DNA of 64,000 nucleotides, taken from NCBI RefSeq assembly GCF_021869535.1, contig NW_026262604.1, positions 34,782,001-34,846,000 on the forward strand. Direction: 5' to 3'. A program made the position numbers and the translations under genes. This DNA comes from Mytilus californianus (taxonomy: Eukaryota). The notes below the pieces were generated by a model. It searched no databases and was not told the origin of the DNA. It saw nothing but the letters and a program-made list of their open reading frames with translations. Of the stretch, positions 23,817 through 36,202 are shown one piece after another (the first letter of the stretch is position 1; each line of letters opens with the position of its first letter).

Positions 23817-26800
23817 ATGGATGCGCCCAGTTTGGACAACGTTTTGACAAAAGTTTTGCCAAAATTTGGTATAAATGATATAAAGAAGTAGCAAAAGGAA
23901 ATTTTAGAGTGTTTAGTTAACAAGAAGAAGTGCGTGGCTGTACTCCCGACTGGTTTTGGCAAGTCACTGTCGTTTCAACTGTACCTTCCAGTTGTCCGGG
24001 AGGTTATTGAAAACAGTTCTGACTGAAAAGTTTTAGTCTGTTGTCCCTTAGTAGCTCTGATGCAGGACCAGGTGGAAAAACTCGCGCACATTGGAAATAT
24101 TACTGCTGCATACAAAGGTTAGTGTAACTTTAAGCATGCAGTGGTAGTAAGGCTTCAATAAATGGAATAGTCTATACTATAGTATTTAATGCCATTAAAC
24201 ACCTAATTTATATTATAATTATTATGTTGGCAGTGTTGTATATTAAAGATGTTTATACCACATGAGAAATCAGTTAGGGAGTGACATGTTATCCCCCTGT
24301 ACAGTGGCGGATCTAGAACTTTTTGTAAGGGGGGCCCACTGACTGACCTAAGAGGGGGCCCCGCTCCAGTCATGCTTCAGTGATTCCCTATATAATCAAC
24401 TATTTTTCCCACAAAAGTGGGGCCCAGGCCCCCCTGGATCCGCATATGCTGTTGGAGCTTCTTATTTAATTAATGCAATGCCTCTATCTTACAAAAATGT
24501 CTTAAGATGTTATTCCCACACCTTATGGTGTCTAGATGCAGGGCCCCCTTTTCCATAGTCCTGGATCCGCATCTGACCAGGCAAAGATGTACATGTATGC
24601 CTTATTAAATAAAATAAAATTTATTTGCAGGAACATACATTTTAACTTCAGTATATCAACACATACACATGACTAACAGTAACAAAGCAGTAATATGAAA
24701 CTTAGATATACATGAGCAAAGTTAAAAAAAAACTGCAGAAGCAGTTGATCATAGCCACGGTAGCACATAAATTTGTCTCATTTCACTGAGAACAGATTGT
24801 ATCGGTCATATTGCCAGTATTTTACAGTCGTTTTGGCCATAATGCTAGTTCTTCATACTTTGTATAAAGATACATGTATATACTACATGTTGTATTAATG
24901 AAGCACCAGAGTCCAAGGGAAATGTTGTTAATTACATGTACTAATAATCTATCTCAAAACAAATATACATGCATATAAGAATAAGAAGATGTCGTACATG
25001 TACAAGACTTGAAGTAAAATTGCCAACTCAACTCTCCACCAGACAACAAATGACAAAGTTTACAACTATAGGTCACCATCTGACCTTCAACAATGAGCAA
25101 AATGATACAGCATAATTAACTACATGGCTCAGAAACGTGCGGGAAACTTAATTTTTAAATTAGATTGTTATTTGTCATGTTTGTGTTCAGGTGTTAAACA
25201 ATGAAAAAATAAAAAAAAAAATATGAAAAAGTGCAGTCTAAAAGACCTTGTTGGATGGCCAAACAGATACATTGGCAGAAACATCTCAAAATTGAGAAAA
25301 TATGCCATGCATTTATTGAAATCTCAGCTATATTCATTTCTGTATTGGACTTTACAACAATAAGAATTATTTCATTGGATTTCAATCTTTAATCAAACGC
25401 AGTGAAATGGAGAAAGGGTATTTGTACAGTGTACATTTAAATTATAGAAGTTATCATAGAAATATGTCTTTTTGGAGACTGCCCACCTACATTTTTTTTT
25501 GCATTTTAGGGTCATCTTCACCAGAGTGAACGGCCTAATTTATGCATAAAAAATGAACGAAAAACAAATACAAATGTATGTAACACATAAACAAATGACA
25601 ACTACTGAATTACAGGCTCCTGACTTGGGACAGGCACTATACAGAATGTGGCAGGGTTAAACATGTAAGCGGGATCCCAACCCTCCCCTAACCTGTGACT
25701 GTCTGTCAATCGTCCACCTGTCAGACAGTAACTCAAAAACTATTCAACTAATTAGCATGAAACTTTGATGAATTGTTTCTATATATTGATGTGTACTCCC
25801 TTCCCATTTTTATGAATTTAGATTTTCAAAAATATAGAAGTAAAAAATTAAGACCACTGGTACAGAACTGTACAGCTTTCAAGAACGAGATAACCTAATA
25901 CTAAAAAGTAAGCTCTTTTAAGACCACTACTTGCAAAATGATGAACCATTACAATGTAATTATAAGAATGTATGAAAAATAAAACCCTAAACAAATGTGA
26001 TAGACAGCAACCAACAACAACCACTGAATGATAGGCTGTTACATAACAATATGGACAAGCACATACATGTATTTAATTTTGTTTTGCCAAAAGAATTAAC
26101 AATCTAGGCAAGAGGTGCTGATATTTACCATTTATAAAAGTTTTTATAGAAGTAATTATTTCTATTTTTCTTTCAGGGGCCAAGATGAAGGAGACAGAAA
26201 AAAAGGCTTTTCGAAAATGGTTTTCTCTTTTCCGATGCTACAGTATTGGCTTTAAGTGCAACTTGCACTGTAAGCTTTAGGAAAAAAGTCATGAAAATAT
26301 TGCAGCTAGTGGAGGACACAACAGAAATTAATTTATCACCAAACAAGTCTAATATTAAACTAGTATCTTCCAAAATTAAAAATTAAATTGAAATTGGAAT
26401 GACATGGTTAGTAGATGCATTAGATGAAAAAAGTCAGGACTTCCCACGTACACTTTTGTATTGTTCATCGATAAATGACACTTCCAAACTTTATAAATAC
26501 ATTGTAACAGAATTGCCACATTGTGCCAAGTATATTGAGATGTTCCATTCTGAAACTCCAGATGTTAACAAAAACATCATAATTAATGCATTGAAGGAGG
26601 AAAGTAGTGATTTGAGACTTATTTTGTCAACCAGTGCCCTGGGAATGGGTTTAGATGTAAAAAAGTGTAGTGGAGTGGTATTATTTGGACCTCCAAATAA
26701 TCTGGTAGATTTGCTGCAAGAAATAGGGCGAGTGGGGAGGGATGGAAATCCATCAGTTGCCATTATCCTATACAATGGATACCACTTGCAGAAGTTGAAA

Positions 26801-27127
26801 CCGGAAGTTAAGGCAATTCTTAAAGCTAAAGATTGTAGGAGAAAGGATCTGATGTGTAATTTCCTCAGAAATTCAGACTTGGATGATTTGATGAAGAAAG
26901 AAAGCAGGAAACATTCATACCGTGACTTGTGTACTAAGTCTTGTAATTGTGAATCCTGTGATATGTTACCTCTTGAGAAGTTATTTCTGTCAGAACAAGT
27001 TGTTGAGGAGCTCGAGGAGCAAGAAGATTCTGCTGTTTCAGATAGCGATACTGAAGACTACAATTTGTCGGCCTATGAATACTTCGAAGATCTTGATATG
27101 GCTTTATTAGAAATACAAGATGATTAA
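23817..27127 (+). pseudogene. RecQ-like SF2 helicase of AcademH; exons about 23817-24117 and 26177-27127
   Basis: LPTGFGKS (Walker A), PLVALMQDQV, LALSATCT, STSALGMGLDV, QEIGRVGRDG, CRR. Stops at 23889, about 24025 and about 26385; the DExH exon was not found. Confidence 0.85.
24302..24448. mobile_element. MITE with CAGTGGCGGATC..GATCCGC termini (hAT-like)
   Basis: Short imperfect terminal inverted repeats. Confidence 0.6.
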
Positions 27128-27709
27128 AACAGTTGATATTTATTTATTTAATTTTTCAGTATCTGGTTTCTGTTACTTATTCAACTTTAGACTCTTCAAA
27201 TTTTTTTGACTTTGAACCCCCTTACAATTGCTGTATTGCCACTCTAGATCTGGGTTCATGTCATGCCTGCAGCTGTCAATGGGACTAAAAAGAGATGTAG
27301 CGTATAAAAACAAATGAGACAGTAACTGATTGACACACATCATAAGATATTTACTTTTTTTCATCTTAAAAATAAAGAGATGCGGTATGATTGCCAATCA
27401 GACAACTAGTACCCTCCAGACTTTTCAATAACTTGATATAAGCAATTGTAGAACAACGAGAAAAACCCATGCCTTTAGTCGGCTACAAAAGGCCCCGACC
27501 AGAAAAATATGAAAAAATTCAAAAGAGAAAACCATGTCTGTCATGTCCGTCAGATATGGTTGCAGATTCGCCTAATCTTGACCTCATTTCATGAAACAAG
27601 CATATAATAATATTAGGGGTCAAGTCTGCATCTCGATTACTATAAACATGATAAACAAACAGAAAAATATATTTGGTGTGGAATTATTGTAAGATGTACA
27701 TGTTATATA

Positions 27710-28095
27710 AAAAGAAGATGTGGAATGATAGCCAATGAGCATGATTAGACAACTCTCCACAAGAGACCAAATGACACAGAAAGTAACAACTATAGGTCAC
27801 TGTACGGCCTTCAACAATGAGCAAAGCCGATACCGCATAGTCAGCTATAAAAGGCCCTGAAATGACAAATGTAAAACAATTGAAACAAGAAAACTAACGG
27901 CCTAATTTATGTACAAAAAATGAACGAAAAACAAATATGTAACACATAAACAAACGACAACCACTGAATTACCTTAAGGCTCCTGATTTAGGACAGGCAC
28001 ATACATACATAATGTGGCGGGGTTAAACATGTTAGCAGGATCCTAACCTGGGACAGTGGTGTAACAGTACAACACAGGAACGAACTATAAAAATC
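27710..28095 (+). repeat. Abundant interspersed repeat (AAGATGTGGTATGATTGCCAATG family)
   Basis: Related pieces at about 25030, 25520-25720, 27380-27530, 38185-38480 (minus) and 42575-42960. Confidence 0.75.
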
Positions 28096-28526
28096 ACTCT
28101 GGTTGGTTTTTGACCTTGACTTTTCATGGTTTATTGATCAACAAGTCAACTATCTTTGGTGTATAGAATTATTGCTATTGATGTATGTCCTTTTGTGCTA
28201 AGTTTTGGCATGGTTCATATGACATGTATGACTTTGACCTTTTTGTTCATTGTTCTTGATGATGTTATATTTGTTCTATATAGCAAACTCATTGTATTTA
28301 ACTTGGTGTAGCCAACAGTATACATAGAGGATGATTATTTTTGCTCAAAATAAACATTGACAGGTTGATTGATTATTGATTTCTTCACTTGGGTTTCAGT
28401 GGCAAATATTTCATGCATATTCAAGACAATAACATGAAGTGGGACTATATCTTACTTACAACTTTGTTCAAGACCAATGTGTTCATCAAGAAAACAGTCA
28501 AATATAGACTTAATACCACATCTTCT

Positions 28527-29288
28527 TTTTTATACGACCACAAAATAATTTTGCGCAGCGGTCGTATATTGGTATGACGTTGGCGTCGTCGTCCGAAGAC
28601 ACATTGGTTTTCGCACTCTTACTTTAGTTTAAGTAAATGGATCTCCATGAAATTTTACCATAAGGTTCAATACCACAAAAGTAAGGTGGGGATTGATTTT
28701 GGGGGTTATGGTACCAACAGTTCAGGAATTAGGGGCCAGCAATAAGCATTTTTGTAACTTCCAGACATTACTTGTGTGTTAGTGTATGGATCTCTCTGAC
28801 ATTGTACCACAAGGTTCCATATCACAAAGGGAAGGCTGGGATTGATTATGGGGGTAATTGCCTCAAAATTTTAGTAATTAAGGGGCAAAAAACAAGTATT
28901 TTTCTAGTTTCATGACAATAACTTGTGTGTAAGTGTATGGATCTTTCTGAAATTGTACTACAAGGTTCCATATCACAAAGGGAAAGCTAGGTTTGAGTTT
29001 GGGGATAATTTCCCTAAATGTTTAGGAATTTTGAACCAAAAAGGGGCCAAAAAACAAGCATTTTTCTAGTTTCCAGTCAATAACTTGTGTTTGAATAGGT
29101 AAATTAAAAATTTATAAGTTCTTAGACCACATTTATTCTGTGTCAGAAACCTATGCTGTGTCAAATATTTAATCACAATCCAAATTCAGTGCTGTATCAA
29201 GCTTGACTGTTGTGTCCATACTTGCCCCAACTGTTCAGGGTTCGACCTCTGCAGTCGTATCAAGCTGGGCCCAGCAGAGCATTTTATT
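28527..29288 (+). mobile_element. Helentron-associated non-autonomous element (HINE-like) with about 150-bp internal repeats
   Basis: TTTTATACGACC...GGTCGTATA terminal hairpin, GTCGTC motif, AAGGTTC.ATA.CACAAA recurring three times. Confidence 0.65.
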
Positions 29289-29929
29289 ATATTAAGTTAC
29301 TCTTGTTTAATTTGACTAAGATAGAAATTGAACCAAATAATGTGCACTTATAACTTCATCACTCAGGAAAGCACATTTAACCAACACCACCTTGTATAAG
29401 TTTTATCAACAGCTCTTTACCAGTACATATAGGGTATATATCTGCATGCTGGTCGCCTTGTGAACAAATCTGTAAAAGTTTGGTTTTTATCTCATTTTTA
29501 AATATTTTTTTTTGTACAAACGTGCTTGATGTTTTCATAAAGTCATTTCGGGTCTTTGTACAGCTTGCTATAGGTTTTACTCAAAGTCAGAGGTGGAACT
29601 GTGAACTTTAATACAGAAAAATAAGTTGGTCCCTTTTGAATAGTTGTCTCATTAGAAATCAGGCCACATTTTTATAAACATGTTTTTGTAGGTAGTTATG
29701 CTGCCTAATCAAAATGACCATGATATTCTGCAACTAAACTGAAAGTATTTCATTACTTTGTTTGTTGGGTTGATGTCTCATTGACTTATGACACTTTAAT
29801 ATCAGCAACAAACTACTAAAAAAGTACCAGCTAATTAAGGTTATGACTTAAGAGAAAATCAAACCTGCACACTTTATTCACAATAATTTAATTCCAAGCA
29901 ATATTTTTCAAATATGTGGATTTGAAGGC

Positions 29930-30690
29930 GATGGAAGGGGACTGTTGGTTGATGTCACGGCGATGAATCAATGTACGAAGTCCTATAAATGCACTGTCAA
30001 ATGGGTTTTTGTCTTTTTTTAGCTCCTTGCACTTAATTGTTATTATTCTTGAAGTTTTATATGTTACATGTAGTACATTTTCTTGTAGTAGGTCTTTTGC
30101 AATTTTCTGAACATCAGCTTGGTATGACCGTATATGGTGGAACCCCTTCTTTCCTGTTAAATTGGTAATTTTATCAAAATGGCTTGCAAAATTAACTAGG
30201 TGAGGGTTGAAGGATACTTTCCTTTGTCTGATGTCCTGAACATGTTACTTTTGTATCCTTGTTCAACATCTCTCAAGTGTTCATCTAAGCTTATTTTATT
30301 GTTTGTTCCTCCTTGCAGATTAACAAATCTATTAGCAATTAATCTTTCTGATTGGTCAGGTGATAAGACACCCGAAGTTAGTCACTTAGTTCTTCTTGAA
30401 TTTTTAATGCATCTTTCTTTAATTTGATTGACTGTTGGACTTTTCTCAAACATTTAATACAGAAGCCATTGTCATTGTCTACTTCGGCGTTTACTTCAAA
30501 ACCAGTAACAACACTAGAAATTATTGCGATTCTCTCTGAGTTCTGCTGAAGTTTCAGTTTGAACAGTTTTTTTTCAACACGTTCTCCCGTTGAGGAGATT
30601 TCTATCTGGATGAAAGAAAAACCGCATAAAACACAAATGTTTGTTCATACTGATATTTTCCTTGGAGTGCATACTTCACTTGATGCCATT
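29930..30690 (-). pseudogene. Academ transposase relic, N-terminus joined to C-terminus by a deletion
   Basis: MASSEVCTPRK..NICVLCGFSF followed directly by NRFVNLQGGTNNKISLDEHL and HIRSYQADVQKIAKDL. Confidence 0.7.
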
Positions 30691-32680
30691 TTAACCTCGG
30701 AAGGCAATAATACAAACTATTATTACAGTTGTATGTTACGAAACGTTTTTCGCATGGGGGCTGCCATTTTTGTTTATATACATTCGGAAGACCTCTAGAC
30801 GCTACTAAGACTCCTATGCCAGTCCAATACCCTAACACTTTGTAGCACCTTCGCTGATTGGCTACAGCAAATTTGACCCTAGACATGACCCTCAACCGGC
30901 TGTTGTTAGATCTCCCACGCGCGACATATAAACAACGAGGAGCAAGTGCGGAGATTTAATTTTAATTAGATTGCCCAGAACCAAAATGTCATCCAGAAAG
31001 GCCAACACTATATCCCAGGTTAACCCCCTTAGAACCAAGCTTATGACCCTGGCATAAGTAGCTGGGGCATTACAGAGCCCAAATGCCATCCTGGCAAACT
31101 CAAAAAGGCCGTATTTTGAAATAAATGCGGTTTTAGACCTATCCTCCTTCTTGATTTTCACTTGCCAATACGCTGAGTTAGCGTCCAGCTTAGAGTACCA
31201 TCGATTCCCTGCAAGGGTATCCAGGCACTCTTCTACTAACGCTAAAGGAAATACGTCCTTTACACAGGTAGCATTCAAAGCCCTATAGTCAATGCACCAC
31301 CTGACCCCCCGTCCCTTTTTCTTACCAGTACTGGGGCAGAGCACCATTCAGAAACTGAAGGCTGAATGACCCCCTGCCTCCAACATTTTCTTTAAGTGGG
31401 TCTCCTCCTCTTGAGCAAACCCAATAGGGGTTCTTCTCATTCGTTGCTTTATTGGGGGGTGTCCCGCAGTGTCAATTTGGTGCTCAATGGTCGAAAAGTT
31501 CCCCAAATCAAACTCACTTGCTGCAAAGACATCCCCGTACTACCTTAACAGAGATGCCAAGGCTTCTTGCTCTTGGCTTCCCGGTAGTGCCTTGGAGCGA
31601 TCAAGGAGGTCCCTGAGATGCTCTGTGACTCCCTGGTCCGACTCTGTTGAGCCAGTACCCACCCCTGTACCTACTACTCGTACCTTTGCGGGGACCTCTA
31701 TGGGCTCCACCTCTACTGCCTGGGCAATTAATTTCCCCTGATGCACATGTACATGCTTATCTGAAGTATTTATCAGACACACTACTGGTTGGCTCCCCCC
31801 TGCATGTAAAGTGCGGGGAACCAAAAGACCAGAGTGACTGCCTGCCTCGACAATGTAACTTGGCATTTCGCAGTTGACCTGACAGCTGAGCTTCATCACT
31901 GAATTGGGCGGCACCGTAATTTTATTACGTATTGTCACATTAGCTACCCTGGGTGCCTGCCCGACCTTACCCATAGTCATGGGTATGACCTCGTCCCCTA
32001 CCCGCAGCTGTCCATCGGACATTTGTAAGTCGATACAATGTACCCTTAATAAGTCAAAACCCAACAGCATGTCGTCCTCTATATGGGCCACGTACAGATT
32101 TGTCTGTATAAGATTGGAACCCAGTTCCAAATTCACGGGCCCGACAACATACCCGTTCATTTGCATCCCCTTTCCTGCTGTATTCATGATGACTTCCCTG
32201 AGGATGGGTGGGACAGATTTTAGGGACCTGTATACCTCTTCTGATATAAGGGTCACTTCTGCCGCAGTGTCCACTACGGCAAACAAACTCTGCCCCTGAA
32301 CTTTAATGGGTACCCTAAATACCGTTCCGGAACGGAGCTGACAGACAGTGACTATCTCACAATCGTTCTCCTCATCCACTAATGTGGTGTCTGCTTCCCC
32401 CTCTGAAGAGGAGGCCCCACTGTTATGGGCTTCCTCATTATTTTCTAGGTCATTATCAATGGTTCTTACCGCCCTGAGAGGGCTATGGCCTTCAGTGGAG
32501 TCCCAGTTACCCTGGGGTTCTCCATAACTGGCCATAGTTACTGCTGCCGGGCTTGTATCTTCGCGTTCAAACCATAAGCTCCCTGATATTTCTCCCCTCT
32601 CCTCACCCCCAGGGTCCCCCTGATCTTTGGTAAGCACTGACTGAACAATAGGGCGTCCAAATTTGATTTGTTCTCCAGGG

Positions 32681-33241
32681 TCTAGATGAACAACCCCCAT
32701 AAAGAACTTGACGGGCAGGACTCCTGCCTGGTTACCTGGGCATAATATAGCCCTACTGGGTGCCCAAAAGAACTCGTAACCCTCGGCCTGAGCCCTTGGT
32801 ACATCTTTCATTATCTGTACTTCCCAATGAGGCTTGAAGGTAGGGGGTACCTCACTCAATAGATGAATGTGCTGTCTATTCATCCGTCTCAATCCTTCCT
32901 CTTCTATATCCCCCCCAGGCAAGCATGGTTGTGTAGTGGTAGGCATGGGCAACAGTGTTTTCCTCTACTGAGGGCATACCAAAAGATCCCACTTCAATGG
33001 AATGCCCCTGGTTTGCCTTTATTTTCCACCAACCATGATCTTGGTCCCTCTCTAAAGTGAAACGTTTGTCCACGTCTACCCCAACCAAACGGGTGAGCTC
33101 CTTAAGGGTGTACCCCGACAACCCTGGGTGCCTAGACAGGAGCTCATCAACATACACAAATCCCCCAGGGAGAACCTTGAGTCCCCATTTACTGGCACCA
33201 TGCCGCAACACATATATCAGTGTTTTTGACAAGTGACGGTC
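32681..33241 (-). pseudogene. TRPT1: Tpt1/KptA (TRPT1-like) NAD-dependent RNA 2'-phosphotransferase domain within Pol
   Basis: LSKTLIYVLRHGASKWGL..GFV, DKRF, IKANQGHS, HYT...W.DI..EGL..MNRQHIHL, D..RAQAEGYEFF, ILCPGNQAGVLPVKFF. One extra G in a G7 run at 32910-32916. Confidence 0.92.
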
Positions 33242-33540
33242 AACTCCATGGTCTTGAATGACTTCCTCCTCTGAATCGGAGGAAGCATTCTCCTTATCCT
33301 CTAATGGGCACTCAGGCGCTAGTTTAATTACAGACTCTGTGTCCTGGGTGCCCTCCCCTTCAGACTCTGTGTCCAGGGTGCCCTCCCCTTCAGACTCTAA
33401 TGATAACACTCCCTCTGCCTCTTGTATTTTTATGGGCATTACCTCTTTCCCCTGACAAACTGATTCTAGACCATGATATCCCAAGGTCACTTCCCCCACA
33501 TTTTGATCCCTAAACTGCACATCTGTTGACAGGCCAGACT

Positions 33541-35677
33541 CTATTTTTGGGGGCTTGCTCTGACCTGTGGAGCTGCCCCGTTGGAGTTTAACGAATTTGG
33601 TGTTGTACGAGTTTGGTCAGCAAAAGTGACAGTTCTCTCTTTAGACCGCAGATCTGGGCACTCAATTCGAATATGCCCAGGCTTATAGCAGTGATAACAT
33701 ACACTTTCACGCACAGACCCTCGATATGGGGATGGGCTTCTTGATTGTGACCTTCCCCTAAATTTTGGGCAGTCCCGTTTGAAATGTCCTCTCTCCCCAC
33801 AGTGGAAACATTCTCCTGTAGCTGGCCGTCCGCCCGGTGAGGGGCTTCTTGCCAGAGGGCGAGTGAGGAGTTTCCTAAATTGGTCCATCATGTCATCCAA
33901 TTTCTCATGCACTTGACCCAACTTATTTTCAAATTTTTTATTGGCTATTCCAATTCACTTTTCCAAGTACTCGCTGGGGCCCTCTCAGGGGCCATAGTAG
34001 CCCTTACCTGCGGTACCTGGTACTCATGGAACACCTCTGGGTGGTCGTCATACCGGCCACCCATTACCTGCCTAACCTCACGCCTAGTTGGCTTCCCATA
34101 TATTGCCTGGGTATTGTGCTGGAATAGCCGTATTTTATCTACGGCCTCCTCTATGCTTTGGGGCTGGAGATTTGAGACTTGCACCCCCAACTCTTTGTTT
34201 TCAATACCCTGGCACAGCCGCATTACGGCCTGCTCATACATATAGTCATCAGGGAGGTTTCTAAAGGCCCTGGTGGCCAAGGACAACACCCGATCAGCCC
34301 AGTCCTCGAGAGACTCCTCAGGGGCTTGCCGGGCATTGTTGAACTGGACCCGGGCGGTCTCAGGGAGTGCCTTGAAACCAAAGCGCTTGTGGAGCTTCTC
34401 CACAAGCTCCTTATAACTCACCTCCCTGTCTCTTTCCGTTATGAGGGCATAATACTCGCTGGCCTTCCCCTCAAGGCACCAGCAAAGTTGGTCTTTACAT
34501 TCCTGCGGACCCCATTCACAAACCTCTGCGTACCTTGCAAATTTTGTGAAAAAGGCCTGCCAGTTGCCCTACCCGTCATACTTAATATTTTTTGGGGCAT
34601 TGCTAACTTTAGAGACTGCACCTAAAGTTGCTCGTGCCCCACCTCTGCTGTCAGGTCCCCTTATGATTTCCCTGGGCCTATCCTCATTGTGTGGCATTGG
34701 GTAAGCATGTTGCCCGTAGCTTCCCCCGGTGTAGACCCCTTGTGGGGGCACCGGTGTAGACCCCTTGTGGGGGCACCGGTGTATACCCTTGGTTGTACGG
34801 ATTATGGGATTGCCTATCCCCATAGGCACAGGCAGGGGTCCGCCTTTGGTCCTCACCCCTGTTGTTTGGTCTTTCTTCATACATTGGGGCTGGAGCTTTT
34901 CTGGAGTCCTCGCCCCTATTGTCTTGCCACTTGCCATACCCGGGGTGTTTCATACTGTCTCCCACCAGTGTGAGCTGGTTGGGTACAGGGTGCTGACCCC
35001 TGACCTGCATAGTTAATTGTGTGACCCATGGGGTATGAAGGTGCGCCCCTTTTGGTTGGGACGGTTTTGTCCCATGCACTGGCTTTCCCTGGCCAGTGCT
35101 GTTTGGTCTTAATACTACTCCCTTGATGTTGGGGATTACCTTGGTTTGGGTCACCCATAATAGGTTGACTCCACTCATTTTTTGTAATTTGTTCCCTGAA
35201 TCCCCCATCCCAATTTTCGGGGGTCTTAGGTCTAGCTCCAGCATCCCCGGGATATGGGCTACACTCAAGAAAGGCAGAGTCCATCTGACTGGGCCCGGGA
35301 CTTTGCCCCTGATGCCATGCCTCTTGCTTAAATGCTGATTGGACATGTACCCGTGAGGGGGTGCTTTGTGAGGCAACGTGTCCCCCATCTATTAGTGTGT
35401 TAACCCTGCTCAACATTTCATTATGCCTGCCTTGGGCCTTAGGTGGTGGCCCACTATTTTGGCCACCCCCATTTTGATTGAAGTCAAGTCTGGACAAGAG
35501 GGCCATTGTCACTCGTAGATGGGAAATTGTGGCTAGGTCTGACTCAGTCACAAAGCCCTTGCCCTCCCTTATGTCCATAATTTGCTCCCCAGTTTTAATT
35601 CCTATACCTGGGAGCTGAAGTAACTCTTGAAAGCTACAAGTGTTTATGTTTATAATGGACATTGTAACTGTAAACAA
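33541..35677 (-). pseudogene. gag: Gypsy gag with N-terminal helix-hairpin-helix and two CCHC knuckles; frameshifted
   Basis: ININTCSFQELLQLPGIG (HhH), PKNIKYDG, RQAPEESLEDWADRV, CFHCGERGHFKRDC, CYHCYKPGHIRIEC. Confidence 0.9.
33547..33592 (-). promoter_or_regulatory. Putative -1 programmed ribosomal frameshift signal (gag/pol)
   Basis: G TTA AAC (33592-33586), 6-nt spacer, then hairpin GGGGC-A-GCTC-loop-GAGC-AA-GCCCC; pol is in the -1 frame and open from this point. Confidence 0.7.
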
Positions 35678-36187
35678 TTAACACTGATTTTCAACAAAGT
35701 TTATTTATTTATCAATAAACAACAACAACCAACACTTTTAATAATACAGATGGTTTTATTTTATTTTATTTTATTGAATAACAAATACTTCCGCTTTGGG
35801 TAACCCGTCCTTCTGGTCTGCGGTTAGTAGCGGAAGCGAACAGAACAATAATACGACTGGTAACCCGTCCTTCTGGTCTGCAGTTATCAGAGGTAAACAG
35901 AACAATAACAACACGACTGGTTCCCCGTTCCTCCCAGGTCACGTGATCCAAGTCGTCTTGAAAATACGAAAAAACAACAAATACTCAATACTACGCTAAA
36001 AACAGGGGTTCTACCGCGCTGCAAAACCCCTGTGATGTTATGTAATATGCTCTCCCAGAGTATTACACAACAAAAAACGATCGGCAAAGGTTTCCCCCGA
36101 ATCCTTTACCGCGGGAAATTCTGTTGAAGCGAACCTCGCCTCAACTCACAAAATGAGCCCTATATTGCAAATCACCACGCAAATTAG

Positions 36188-36201
36188 TGCTCGCAGCGCC
36201 A
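36188..36201 (-). promoter_or_regulatory. Primer-binding site, probably tRNA-Ser
   Basis: TGGCGCTGCGAGCA 1 nt after the LTR end; complementary to ...TGCTCGCAGCG-CCA, similar to the animal tRNA-Ser(CGA) 3' end as I recall it. Confidence 0.75.
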
Positions 36202-36202
36202 A

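Larger units (their letters stand above)
23617..30973. mobile_element. AcademH DNA transposon, internally deleted
   Basis: 106-bp TIRs with 1 mismatch (23617-23722, 30868-30973); 9-bp TSD CCCAGAACC (23608-16, 30974-82); RecQ-like helicase on plus and Academ-type transposase relic on minus. Confidence 0.88.
30983..33592 (-). pseudogene. pol: Gypsy pol 5' part: linker, Tpt1, protease, RT N-terminus
   Basis: VDTAAEVTLI (PR), RWCIDYR, LDANSAYWQ, MAFGLCNAP, FLDD. Lesions at about 32913, 31540 and 31350. Confidence 0.93.

Noticed and set aside
26399-27127. Host RecQ/WRN gene
   Set aside because: It lies inside TIRs with a 9-bp TSD, paired with an Academ transposase relic, and has stops; it is transposon-encoded.
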